NCBI GenBank assembly: GCA_002257235.1
Contig: NCGZ01000003.1
Coordinates: forward strand, 1 to 44,906
Direction of reading: 5' to 3'
DNA: 44,906 nt
DNA from: Alphaproteobacteria bacterium 16-39-46
GTDB taxonomy: Bacteria > Pseudomonadota > Alphaproteobacteria > 16-39-46
Shown: positions 20,301 through 29,201 of the stretch, piece after piece
How positions within the stretch are numbered: the stretch's first letter is position 1
Layout: each line of letters begins with the position of its first letter
Notes under the pieces: model-generated
The model's input: only the letters and a program-made list of their open reading frames with translations
Told to the model about the DNA's origin: nothing
The model's database searches: none
Made by a program: the position numbers and the translations under genes

Positions 20301-21214
20301 TTAAAGTTCTGCATTTTGGGCTCAACGCCGGTCATCTTACTCCCTTCCCAATAAACCCAGTCAGAAAAAGGGGTGGGATCTGGCCAACTGGTGATGATAC
20401 TTTTTGACGCTTTTATAAATTGAAGCGCTTGAACTTCTGGAAAATGAACATGAAAATAAACAGAAACCTCACTCATTTCAGGGATTCCGATATAAGACAC
20501 TCCTTGGATTTTTCCCGAAAAGGGAAATTCTGTTTTAGTTTCGACATGAATCTCTATTTTATGTCCATTGGGTAAGAGACCTTTTAGAATGATGTCTTGT
20601 TTTTGCGCAAAACACGTGCCTCTTTCTAAAAAGCTCTTTAAAGAAGCCTCGTTTCTTTGAAAATCAGGAATTTCAAAACATCTTGTGATGTGACTTATAG
20701 GGAAATGATGATAAGGACTTGTTCTCTCCGAGGATAAAGAAAGAGATTGTTCAGAAAAATTTGAACCATAAAAATTAATGAGGTCACGCAAACTCCCAAA
20801 AAAAGAGCCATTTTTTTTTGCCTCATTTGTTATTCTTAAGCTTTCTTCTCCTAATTTTTTAAAATCTTGTTCGTGGGGCTCAAATACATTTATTCCTTTA
20901 ATAGCAAGTATTGAAAAAGAGGGGAGCGGTAACTCCTGAACTTGATCTCCGTTACAATTAAGCGCTCCATAAAAAATCTCTCTTGGAGAAACTGTCCTAT
21001 GACTTTGTGTTTGTAAAAAAGGAAACAATGCTTCTAAATTGCCTTTCTCTTCTCGTCCTTCTGCTAAAGGCGCGGGAGGAGAGGCGGCTATAGAGGCCGG
21101 AGGGGTTGCTCCCTCATGCGTTTCCTCCATTGCCCCGCACACGAAAAATCCTGAGCTCATCAAGAGGAGGCTTATCCTAAGAAATAGTGGAGGGATCTTG
21201 TTTAGGGGGGTCAT
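17348..21214 (-). CDS. Giant secreted protein with a duplicated novel domain, LRRs and glycine zipper; paralog of the 1533-aa protein
   Basis: 1288 aa; signal peptide ending VCGA-MEE; internal duplication (DWVYWEG..WWENW vs DWIYWEG..WWQNW); LRR LKRFDFSGNPIS; GAAGAFGG...GGLIGAIAGG zipper; acidic tail. Confidence 0.8.
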   Translation of the reverse strand: MTPLNKIPPLFLRISLLLMSSGFFVCGAMEETHEGATPPASIAASPPAPLAEGREEKGNLEALFPFLQTQSHRTVSPREIFYGALNCNGDQVQELPLPSFSILAIKGINVFEPHEQDFKKLGEESLRITNEAKKNGSFFGSLRDLINFYGSNFSEQSLSLSSERTSPYHHFPISHITRCFEIPDFQRNEASLKSFLERGTCFAQKQDIILKGLLPNGHKIEIHVETKTEFPFSGKIQGVSYIGIPEMSEVSVYFHVHFPEVQALQFIKASKSIITSWPDPTPFSDWVYWEGSKMTGVEPKMQNFNRTFYDKRWWENWTQYSEILDKTLNLSSSLRQFAEVFQPALKKNPNRTIGEALLEAPTPGFYETLFKMPLDSSYIYYSGPESSGKILRAEGSQRWMRRAETEEFFSTPVLNVTPEEINFLNCLIPKDLPPDMYSCNVQRPSPSAEEEHGAHSFLGNLSLIWTGRNGTSYNIRKRDHNKPYRIEVFRSGNLQTLPPFFKQIEEEESRYYALLKKQERLIIEKEDEDEEEDVTGLVLDTDVAPPPGARGAAAAENPPPSVEQQERTRFIEMLNRQERGNAFNESHIFYHEAPDVGSGVPSVSDVVPEYKILEINREEWKTGKRTQSSAADKKKEEEKEKKINLWENRSLQNVKEAPWNLIQSLVTETGHYFAQSDPSPQFTLSLISGSRSPLEEVFTLKKHRWVESRSKTSLEKSLEEGLCEITSHVTIFSGSLSDQRTCSLLIETSHQDALMAKIKGIFYVTNPFTKEISVYFHAEASFLGGTYFVHASQTLPIKIENTSQLLPDWIYWEGNRLYEVGYKNPTFAYDINWWQNWVLEDRDVNQFLLRFYDSLLKGKKTKGRVFGISPDERPKDKDGLYKILRNSRFSSNIVHTENHQLRTVKTSPSSLRPKYSLDQVHTLICMKGNSKITPLNFEIPEDLPSGFYEIIHAAANPYMTWKSLRAEPAEKTTGASASADELDPVGSPESGIRRIEKTDQNEPFGFKMSYEEDLSLDSQVQETLKEAQYTPFLTELHIIGAPHVLEHLEVLKQLRAPLSDFSFKDCGLKGDLPADFFEFIEGLNSLKRFDFSGNPISEDSFKLLIRALSSSTLQELSINAPRKKSSAKKRGAAGAFGGATSGAAAGFVVAGPVGAAAGGLIGAIAGGISGAKASDARAFAKRDKKSDFTVKTFEDIVRTWGDLRKLSIHNVNRSETGCVKTNQALLNVRLQALYRTPLEIQVLPKKVIEEKALTLKPLEEKASDDDIGDWENVEKEGEDVNPSSEDDE

Positions 21215-21242
21215 TTTTTTATGCTCTTTATTTTTAATTCAT

Positions 21243-21691
21243 TCAATAAATAATATACGCGTTACCCTGTTCTATAAATCGTATAACCCTCTTTGATTTT
21301 TCAAAAGAGTTATGCGCGTCGTGTTGATGCACTTTTTGAAGAGAGAATGTCTTCACACAGTCTAAAAACAAGAACTCTTATTTTCTTCTGGACATCATCA
21401 TGCTGTAAGCAGAAGCCTTAAAAAGAGGTTTTCCTTCAAATGCTTATTTTCCTTTTAATTCCGTAATACGGTGATCTAATTCTTCTACCTCCTTATCTAT
21501 TGGCTTTGACGAGTGAGAGAGGTCGACGTCGTCACGAGGGACTATTTCTAAATCAATTCTCTTTTCTCCATTTCGGAGGTCTTAAACATTTCAGATGAAG
21601 ACTGTATCATTGAATCGCTTGCGGAGACAGTCCGCTCGAAAGTCATGAAGGTACCCAAGGCAAGGAGAGGGGTCAAAAATTTATACATCAT
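21243..21691 (-). pseudogene. Probable degraded secreted-protein gene (not in the ORF track)
   Basis: MMYKFLTPLLALGTFMTFERTVSA-SDS (signal-like) stops after 47 codons at 21548. A shifted frame continues protein-like (RIDLEIVPRDDVDLSHSSKPIDKEVEELDHRITELKGK*) with further in-frame stops. Confidence 0.5.
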
Positions 21692-21953
21692 TGTTATTTC
21701 TTTCTTTTTATGTTGATGATTTCTTAAGTTTTGAATTTTTTGAAACTATTGTCAATAAGGAAAAAGCCTTTTTTGGGGATAAATCTTGCTGATTTTCATG
21801 CAAAATATAAAGATCGCTCTAAAGGAGGAGAAATAGTATTCTTGGAAATCAGGGGAATAAATGCAGAATGTATCTTTTTTCTAAAGATATTTAAAATCGT
21901 CTGTTAAAATAAACATAAGACTCAAAAAAAATAATAAAACAGGAGAAAACGAG

Positions 21954-22223
21954 ATGAAACCTAATCGAAAAATGTTGTCGCTTTCAGGTGTTGCAGGTGT
22001 ATTAAGTATCTTGTGCTTTTCAAGCATGGGAATGTGCAGTGGAGAGGTGCGCTTTTATGAAAAGCCAAAGGAGGCTTTTATTGATCATAAAAAGAAAGCT
22101 CTTGTCATAGGATCAAAAGGAACGCTTGCTAAAATATTCCCTGTTTCTCCAAAGACAGAACAGGAAGGAATTAAGGAGAGTGTTGATAGAGCCATAGTTG
22201 CCGTATTGAACGAGAAGCAATAA
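21954..22223 (+). CDS. Small secreted hypothetical protein
   Basis: 89 aa; RBS aggag; N-terminal signal-like hydrophobic segment. Confidence 0.7.
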   Translation: MKPNRKMLSLSGVAGVLSILCFSSMGMCSGEVRFYEKPKEAFIDHKKKALVIGSKGTLAKIFPVSPKTEQEGIKESVDRAIVAVLNEKQ

Positions 22224-22458
22224 ATGGTGTTTAGTGAACAAGAGTAGGATGAATCTTGACCTTGGATTGGACGTCCGAAGGCCTTTTAAGTGTCGTGACG
22301 GTTCGCAGGTCTTCTTTTCTTAGGCGATTATTCTTTTCTTTTTTTTTAAAAAAATAAAACTTCGATCTCCCTCTTCACAAGAGCACTTTGGTCGCACGCA
22401 ACAGAATATTTGCATATTGCGTCTGGAATAAGAGGTATTTTTCTTAATTTGACCGCAA

Positions 22459-23136
22459 TCACTCTGATTCATCTGTTGCTTCCATTGACGGAAAGTCTGG
22501 AAACTGAGGCGTTTCCAAGGTCCAGATGACGATTTCTTTCCCAACACGATTTGTTGCAGTGAGAAAAGCGTCTATGACTTCTTTAAAAGAATCTTGGGGG
22601 ATAGGGACCATGCTCTCAAAGGTCTTTGCTCCCACAATCTCACGGTCTTTGAGACGCATTATTTTTCCAAAGATGCGGATGCGCACTTCTTTGGATTCTC
22701 TGACCATGAGCTCAAAATCTCGAATGTCAATGAGGAGGACATAATCTGCGTCGAGTCCATCGAGAGATGTCCCGACGCCTTTGATTTGCCCAGAGTTTTC
22801 AAAGAGATTCAGAAGCAATTGTTGAATAAGATTGGGAAGACGATCGACCCACCTTGCGCCTGAGACATGGGTGATCTCTGCTGAAGATGTTTGAACAACG
22901 ATGCGATCTGTGTTGAGGCGTCCGTCACAGGACGGATCTTCCAGGATAAGCTGCCATTTAACAGGATGAAGGCTTGCACGTTCTTTTTCAGAGAAAGGAA
23001 GCGTTTTGAGGTAAAAGAGCTTATACTTTTCAGAGTTTTTAGGAAGGTTCATACAGCCCGACAAGATCAAAAGAGAAAAGCAGCCGAGGAAGACCGTTGA
23101 AACGCGCATAAAAATACTTCTTTTAGTTAAGAACAT
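22459..23136 (-). CDS. ABC-type transport auxiliary lipoprotein (PqiC-like)
   Basis: Lipobox LSGC; LNTDRIVV, GARWVD and ADYVLLIDIRDFE; last gene of the Mla/MCE operon. Start re-called at MFLTKR (23136) downstream of aggag, overlapping the mlaD stop. Confidence 0.88.
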   Translation of the reverse strand: MFLTKRSIFMRVSTVFLGCFSLLILSGCMNLPKNSEKYKLFYLKTLPFSEKERASLHPVKWQLILEDPSCDGRLNTDRIVVQTSSAEITHVSGARWVDRLPNLIQQLLLNLFENSGQIKGVGTSLDGLDADYVLLIDIRDFELMVRESKEVRIRIFGKIMRLKDREIVGAKTFESMVPIPQDSFKEVIDAFLTATNRVGKEIVIWTLETPQFPDFPSMEATDESE

Positions 23137-24034
23137 ATCCATCATCTCCTGTTCCAAATATGAAAGCCCAAGGGTCTCTTTCAAGGCTTGTGCTCACGCG
23201 ATTAATACTTTCCAAAGTAATCCGGAATTCTGACATCACATTCGAGAATTCATAAAGTCCAGATGTTAAGAACGTTTGAAGGGGGATTTTGTTTTGGTTC
23301 AAGAAATCACGAGACTCTTGGAAGAAGTCGTGGGCGCTTTGTGAGAGAGGAAGGAGCTCATCTTGTAAAGTTTGAGCAAAGGATCTGAATGATTTAGATG
23401 TCTCTGAAATCTCTTTAAAGGCTGTATCCGCGTTTTCAAGGAACTGGTCGATGGTATGCGCTTTGTTTGCAAATGTTTGTGTGAGGATTTTAAGATTCTC
23501 TAAAATAGAAGCTAAGTTTTGAGTATTGCTTGTGTTCAGGATTAAATCTAAATCTTGAGAAAGTTTATTTAAGTTTTGAAGAAGCTTGGGAGCTGCTTCA
23601 AATATTTCTTCGATTTTAGAAGGTTTCGAGGGGATGACGGGGTAGTCATCTTTTAAGATCGCTGTGAGAGGGGGGCTTCCAGGAGATCCTCCTGTTAGCT
23701 GAACAAAGGCAATGCCTGTGATGCCCTGCATTTCAAGAGAAGCTTCTGTGTCTTTTCGAATGGGTGTGCTCGGCACAAGGTTAATACGAACACGAATTTG
23801 CTCGATATTCTTGGGGTCAATAACAATAGATTTGACACTTCCCACAGGCACACCGCGATAAAGGACCTGAGCGCCGAGTTTTAACCCCGTTACCGACCCT
23901 TGAAAATAAATATCATAAAGATTATCGGTTCCGCTAAATTCTTTTTTGCCCATCCAGAGGACAAATCCTAAAGCTCCAAGAAGGAGGATAAGAACAAAAG
24001 TCCCAACAGTCAAATAACGTGCTTGTGTTTCCAT
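23123..24034 (-). CDS. mlaD: MCE/MlaD family protein
   Basis: METQARYLTVGTFV N-terminal anchor; SVTGLKLGAQVLYRGVPVGSV and QGITGIAFVQLTGG MCE motifs; helical tail. Confidence 0.92.
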   Translation of the reverse strand: METQARYLTVGTFVLILLLGALGFVLWMGKKEFSGTDNLYDIYFQGSVTGLKLGAQVLYRGVPVGSVKSIVIDPKNIEQIRVRINLVPSTPIRKDTEASLEMQGITGIAFVQLTGGSPGSPPLTAILKDDYPVIPSKPSKIEEIFEAAPKLLQNLNKLSQDLDLILNTSNTQNLASILENLKILTQTFANKAHTIDQFLENADTAFKEISETSKSFRSFAQTLQDELLPLSQSAHDFFQESRDFLNQNKIPLQTFLTSGLYEFSNVMSEFRITLESINRVSTSLERDPWAFIFGTGDDGYVLN

Positions 24035-24829
24035 TTAAAACCCTTTTCCAAAGATTTTACGGGCTCTATTTCCATGAAAATAGTCATGGATCCAAGGGTC
24101 TTCCATTTTTTTGAGCTCTTCAAAGGTTCCAAGGAAGAGTTTTTTATGCAGAAGGACCCCAATACGAGTGCAGACTGACTTTATAGTATCAAGATCATGT
24201 GTAATCATAAAGACGGTAAATCCTAAATGAGCATGTAATTTTTTAAGGAGTGTATCAAAAGCCTCAGCTGAAATTGGGTCAAGTCCAGATGTTGGCTCAT
24301 CCAGAAAGAGAATGCTGGGATCAAGAGCGAGTGCCCGCGCGAGACCGACACGTTTTGTCATCCCTCCAGAGAGCTCAGAGGGGTATTTTAAGGCCGTGTC
24401 CAAAGGAAGCCCGACCATCCCAAGTTTTAAGGCAACGATTGAATCTGCAAAGGGTGGATAAATCTGAGCGACTTCCTTTAAGGGGACGAGGATGTTTTCA
24501 CGGACCGTGAGAGACGTATAGAGAGCGCCATTTTGAAACAAAACTCCGCAAGATTTATCAACTTGTTCTTGAGCGCTTTCAGGGGCCTGATAAATATCTT
24601 TTCCGAGAAGTCTGATCGATCCTGACTGAGGTGGCTTAAGTCCTAAGATCGTCCTTAAAAGGACAGATTTTCCGGAACCAGATCCTCCAATAATACCGAT
24701 AATCTCGCCTTTGAAGATAGTTAAATTTAAATTTTCATGAATGAGCGTTGACCCAAAGTTTGTCACCAGGTTTTTTATGTCTATGACGGGTTTTTCAGGG
24801 CTGAGAGAAAGCGCGGGGGGATGCATCAT
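24035..24829 (-). CDS. mlaF: ABC transporter ATP-binding protein, MlaF family
   Basis: Walker A GGSGSGKS, LSGGMTKRVGLARALALDP and FLDEPTSGLDP; within the MCE operon. Confidence 0.93.
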   Translation of the reverse strand: MMHPPALSLSPEKPVIDIKNLVTNFGSTLIHENLNLTIFKGEIIGIIGGSGSGKSVLLRTILGLKPPQSGSIRLLGKDIYQAPESAQEQVDKSCGVLFQNGALYTSLTVRENILVPLKEVAQIYPPFADSIVALKLGMVGLPLDTALKYPSELSGGMTKRVGLARALALDPSILFLDEPTSGLDPISAEAFDTLLKKLHAHLGFTVFMITHDLDTIKSVCTRIGVLLHKKLFLGTFEELKKMEDPWIHDYFHGNRARKIFGKGF

Positions 24830-25963
24830 TTAAATTCCTAAATACGAAAAAAGAATTGAAAATGCCGCATCGGCAACAATGACCAAGAAAATTGATTCGA
24901 CAACCGACTTGGTGGTGTGTTGTCCGATGCTTTCGGCGCTTCCAGATACCTGAAGACCTTCAAAGCATCCCACAAGACCAATGAGAAAAGCAAAAAAAGG
25001 AGACTTTACCATACCGACCCAAAACGTTGTGGGCGTTATGGCGAGTTTGAGTTGCTCTATGAACTGAACATAGCTGAGGTCCATTAAAGTATGCGTCATA
25101 AAGGCTCCCCCTAAAAGTCCAACGATGTCAGAAAAAAAAGTGAGGAGAGGGAGTGCAATCATAAGCGCCATAATTCGTGGAATGACGAGAACATTTACAG
25201 GATCAAGACCCATGGTTTGCATGGCATCAACTTCCTCGTTGAGAACCATAGTTCCAATTTGAGCGGTAAAAGCACTTCCAGATCTTCCAGCAACAACAAT
25301 TGCCGTAATAAGAATTCCAACCTCCCTCAGAATTCCCAACGCCAGAAGATTAACTGTAAAAATCTCGGTTCCAAAACGTTTGAGTTGGGTTACGCCTTGA
25401 TAGGCAAGAACAACACCAATTAAGAATGAAATAAGGCCAACAATGGGAAGGGCATTCACCCCCACATCTTGCAAATGGGAACAAAAAGATATGAGACGGA
25501 ATGAGGAGCGCTTCCTAAGTGATTGAAGCAGCGTGACAATAACTTCTCCAAAAAAAGAGGTCAGTTGAAGGGTCAAAGAGAAGAGGTTCACGGTGGCCTC
25601 GCCGAGCCTTAAAACAAAAGACCTAAAAGCCGAAGACTTTTTTGGAGTGTCTTCCAAATTAAGAGGGTAGTGATGAACAAGATTCAAGATTTGCAGAGTT
25701 TCGTCGCTTCCGTTCTCAAATTTAACGGAGTATTTTTGATCTTCTAACCGCTTTTTTAAAGAAAGAAGCAACACGGCGCCGCCTGTGTCTATTTTGAAGA
25801 TTTCTGAGAGATCGATAATAACTTTTCGGATCTTCCTGTCCTCAAGATCGATGCTTTGAAGTGTTTGGTAGTGTTTTCCGAGCGTCCAGAGACACCACTC
25901 CCCTTTTGGAAAGAGGACGATTTCAGAGCGGTGTTTTTGAATCGACAAGAAGGGCGCTGACAC
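24830..25963 (-). CDS. mlaE: MlaE family permease with N-terminal STAS domain
   Basis: IDLSEIFKIDTGGA (STAS); REVGILITAIVVAGRSGSAFTAQIGTM and EEVDAMQTMGLDP; GTG start with RBS aaggag. Confidence 0.95.
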   Translation of the reverse strand: MSAPFLSIQKHRSEIVLFPKGEWCLWTLGKHYQTLQSIDLEDRKIRKVIIDLSEIFKIDTGGAVLLLSLKKRLEDQKYSVKFENGSDETLQILNLVHHYPLNLEDTPKKSSAFRSFVLRLGEATVNLFSLTLQLTSFFGEVIVTLLQSLRKRSSFRLISFCSHLQDVGVNALPIVGLISFLIGVVLAYQGVTQLKRFGTEIFTVNLLALGILREVGILITAIVVAGRSGSAFTAQIGTMVLNEEVDAMQTMGLDPVNVLVIPRIMALMIALPLLTFFSDIVGLLGGAFMTHTLMDLSYVQFIEQLKLAITPTTFWVGMVKSPFFAFLIGLVGCFEGLQVSGSAESIGQHTTKSVVESIFLVIVADAAFSILFSYLGI

Positions 25964-26139
25964 TCTTTTTCTCCTTTATTTTTCTTAAGCGTTTTTAGGA
26001 GTCCTTCCCTTATAATGTGAGGGAAAGAGAGACAGAAAGCAATGTCCTTTTTTTAAGTTAAAAAAATAAGGAGGGTTCTTAAGAAAAAAAACAATGTAAA
26101 TGGGTAAGAGAGACTTCAGATTTTTTTTGGTTCAAGTCC

Positions 26140-26469
26140 TTAAAGCGTCTCATAATCAAACGTTTGAGAGGAAAAAGGAAGGGCCGCGTCGATGTCTCCA
26201 ATCTCAAGTTTTTTGTAATAATGGGGAAAAATAACGCCTTTAGCGTTAGGCTCCCATTTGAGATGATCTGTGAGACGGGATTCTTTCATTTTTAAAAGAA
26301 CAAGGTGAAGTGCATCTGCATAATATTTGAGGGCAGTTGCCTTCACTTGAGAAGGGAGACTCATATGAATAAACCCATCCTTTTGATCGCGCTCATTCCC
26401 GAGATAAAAACCAAACTCTTGAGCTTTTTCCCAAGCATTTTGATCTGCGATATGATAAATGTAAGACAT
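26140..26469 (-). CDS. DUF952 family protein
   Basis: IYHI, DGFIHMS, LKWE and FPHYY motifs; start re-called at MSYIYHI (26469). Confidence 0.9.
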   Translation of the reverse strand: MSYIYHIADQNAWEKAQEFGFYLGNERDQKDGFIHMSLPSQVKATALKYYADALHLVLLKMKESRLTDHLKWEPNAKGVIFPHYYKKLEIGDIDAALPFSSQTFDYETL

Positions 26470-26581
26470 TGTTTTTTGCTTGAAAGAAAATGAGGAATGA
26501 GAGCATTGATTGTTCTGTGTCAAAATGGGACTGTTGAGTTAAAACAGAAAATATCTATAATTTACAGAGAGATCAAGGAAA

Positions 26582-27019
26582 ATGTCATTAAAAATTATAT
26601 GCGGCGCAGATCATGCTGGATTTGCTCTCAAAGAGCTTCTTAAATTAAAATTGATTGAGATGGGGCATGAGATTATAGATTGTGGAACCCATTCTGCCGA
26701 AGAGGCTGTTGATTATCCAGACTATGCCTTTAAGGTTGCTGAACTTTTAAAAAAGGATACGGGAGACTTCGGACTTTTGATTTGTGGATCAGGAATTGGG
26801 ATCAGCATTGCAGCCAATCGGTTTCCTGGAATTCGGGCAGCTCTCTGTCATGACGTTACCTCGGCGCGCCTTGCAAGAGTTCATAATGATGCGAACATCC
26901 TTGTCCTTGGAGAACGCCTTATTGGATCTTATACGGCGGAAGAGTGCTTAGAGGTTTTTCTCTCAACGCCCTTTAAGGGAGGGGAGCGTCATCAAAGGCG
27001 TGTTGAGAAGCTTGGGTGA
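26582..27019 (+). CDS. rpiB: Ribose-5-phosphate isomerase B
   Basis: ADHAGFALK, VDYPD, ICGSGIGISIAANR, HNDANIL and RHQRRVEKL. Confidence 0.98.
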   Translation: MSLKIICGADHAGFALKELLKLKLIEMGHEIIDCGTHSAEEAVDYPDYAFKVAELLKKDTGDFGLLICGSGIGISIAANRFPGIRAALCHDVTSARLARVHNDANILVLGERLIGSYTAEECLEVFLSTPFKGGERHQRRVEKLG

Positions 27020-27120
27020 ATTCACATGAAATTCTATTGTTTTTAAGATGTTAAAATCCCAGAAAAGAAGAGTCTAAATCTTTCTTTTCTGGGATTTCAG
27101 AGTGAACTTCGACGTTTTTT

Positions 27121-28185
27121 CTAAGAGCTTGCTTTAGATTTTTCTGCGCGTTGGAGGACGTAGGCACCCACGTATCGTGTATCAAAGGGGCCATATTTAA
27201 ATCCATGCACGCCTTCAACGATCGATTTTCCATCTTGCAGAATGCCTAAACGTGTATAAGTCTCATCCAAGAGACCCATCATGGCGGCATAGAGATGATA
27301 ATTAAAAGGCGTGAGGGTTAGAACTTTGATGTCTTCCCATTCTGTCGTTGGGTAGTAGGCTGTTTTTCCCACTCTCCAAAGTTTCCCAGCGGAGAATTTA
27401 TCACTATCCCCTATGATTTTATCATGACGTCCCTCAAAATATTTTTCTTCTTCTTTCAGAAAATCAGCTTTTTGCATGTTTGGGTTTGACGGAGAGATTT
27501 CATCAAGTTTTTTACTTTCTTCTGTATAATAATTTCCTTTAGACGTAAAATCACTGTTCATTCTTTGATGAAATGAAACTGAAACACGTGGATTTCCACC
27601 ATAAGTTATTGTTAACCCAAACTGATCTCTTAAACTATCTACGCATGTATCCACGGTTGTCTTAATATTTTGAGCAATGGATAAGATTTCAGGGGTGGAA
27701 GAGAGAAGGAGGTTTGTGGAGAAGGTGCTGGAACTTTCACTCTCATCTGAAGGCTTAGAAACGGGAACTGGAGCTGGCAGAGAAGAGTGTGGTCCAGAGG
27801 ATGAAGAGGGGTTTCGCAACGACTCAAGTTGTTCGAAGAGAGCATTTATTGAAACGTGCGATGTATTAATAGTGTCGAAAAGAGATTTTTGATCTTCAGG
27901 GGCTTCAAAAGTTTTCAGTTTCTCTAAAAGGGTTTGAGATGCGCGTCGATCGTCATCTGAAAGTGGAAAAAAATTCCTTGAAAGAGGGAGAGATTCTTTT
28001 GCTGCAGCCTTGTCTTTTACAGCTTCGTTACCTTTTACAATGGCAGCAAAAGTTGCCACTGGTGCAACAGGCTTCGTTTCTCCATCTTCTGTTTCCATTG
28101 CGAAACTGTAAGAAGTAGACAGAGAGAGGCAAATGCAAGAGACTGAAAGAGAGCGTAAAAAAGTATATTGAGATATTTTTAACAT
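27121..28185 (-). CDS. Secreted hypothetical protein, putative effector
   Basis: Start re-called at MLKISQY; signal peptide ending YSFA-METE; Ser/Pro-rich linker followed by an unrecognised globular domain. Confidence 0.72.
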   Translation of the reverse strand: MLKISQYTFLRSLSVSCICLSLSTSYSFAMETEDGETKPVAPVATFAAIVKGNEAVKDKAAAKESLPLSRNFFPLSDDDRRASQTLLEKLKTFEAPEDQKSLFDTINTSHVSINALFEQLESLRNPSSSSGPHSSLPAPVPVSKPSDESESSSTFSTNLLLSSTPEILSIAQNIKTTVDTCVDSLRDQFGLTITYGGNPRVSVSFHQRMNSDFTSKGNYYTEESKKLDEISPSNPNMQKADFLKEEEKYFEGRHDKIIGDSDKFSAGKLWRVGKTAYYPTTEWEDIKVLTLTPFNYHLYAAMMGLLDETYTRLGILQDGKSIVEGVHGFKYGPFDTRYVGAYVLQRAEKSKASS

Positions 28186-28588
28186 GAAAACCCCCAGAAT
28201 TATTATTGTTAAGTTTCCTCTTGATTGGACAAGCATTTAAAAATCCTGTCAATAAAGAATGTCTTCTTAAGACCTTATCTTTTTGATAAATCAAAAAAGT
28301 TTTTATCCATTATAATAAAAAATAATAATTTTTTAGAGGAGATGGGATTTGAGAGGTCGAAAAGGATTCTTATTATTTGAGGAGGAATTATTAAGAAAAA
28401 ATACAATTCCGAATTTTGAAATTTGTCATAATAAATTATTTCATTTCAGAATATTATTTTTTTTAAAATTTAAGGATCTCAAAAAGTTGAATTTAAGGTT
28501 TTTTTCTAAAAAAAAATGAGGTATCCTCAAACAATAAGTAAATATAAATCATAATTCAAAAATACAAAAAATAAACAGGAGATCAAAA

Positions 28589-28927
28589 ATGAAGGTAAGA
28601 AATACAATATGTGCTTCCTTAGCTGCTCTTATTATGGGGGTGACCTTTTCTGAAGCGCAAGCAGTAGTTCACATTACGTCCAGCGAACAAATGCAAGAGT
28701 GTAATGCTAAATTGAAACATCTAAGCGTTCTCAAGAACAATATAGCTAAGCTCAGAAAAAAAATGACGGATCAGAAACAAACTCACAGTGATGGATGGAA
28801 GGCGGCGCTTCAAACCGAGGAAGATGAATATACTAAAGCAGAGAATACGTTTCAGCGTACGTATGGGTCTAATGCATGCTTAAAAAGTGATGAGAGAGTA
28901 AAGTCGCCATCCCGATCACGTAGGTAG
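28589..28927 (+). CDS. Small secreted coiled-coil protein
   Basis: 112 aa; RBS aggag; signal peptide ending AQA-VV; two Cys flanking a helical hairpin; basic KSPSRSRR tail. Confidence 0.75.
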   Translation: MKVRNTICASLAALIMGVTFSEAQAVVHITSSEQMQECNAKLKHLSVLKNNIAKLRKKMTDQKQTHSDGWKAALQTEEDEYTKAENTFQRTYGSNACLKSDERVKSPSRSRR

Positions 28928-28969
28928 AGGGTATAGCTGTTAAAATAAAATAGGTAACTGGTCATAAGG

Positions 28970-29011
28970 AACCCCCGTTGTTTTTTTTGAAGGAAATAAC
29001 GGGGTTTTTTT
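28970..29011 (+). terminator. Rho-independent terminator
   Basis: ccccgttgttt...aaataacgggg stem followed by T7. Confidence 0.8.
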
Positions 29012-29172
29012 GCCTAAATTTAACCTAAGATATTTCTTAACTTTTAATTTTTTCAAAAAGTAATTTTTCTCCTGACAATCCCAAAGAGGATGTTTATTAT
29101 ACGTTTTAAACGGGTAAAAATGCAGTGCTTTAGGAGGAGAGTTTCTTTAATCAGAGCGTTGCGACTTTTTGT

Positions 29173-29201
29173 TTGCATATTAAGGGAGAAAATTTTAAGC
29201 T
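29173..29201 (+). promoter_or_regulatory. Putative sigma70 promoter of glyA
   Basis: TTGCAT-17 bp-TAAGCT, followed by a perfect 10-bp hairpin (29214-29237). Confidence 0.45.

Noticed and set aside
22320-22547. 75-aa minus-strand ORF
   Set aside because: Overlaps the 3' end of the PqiC-like gene and runs into poly-A/T sequence; no coding support.
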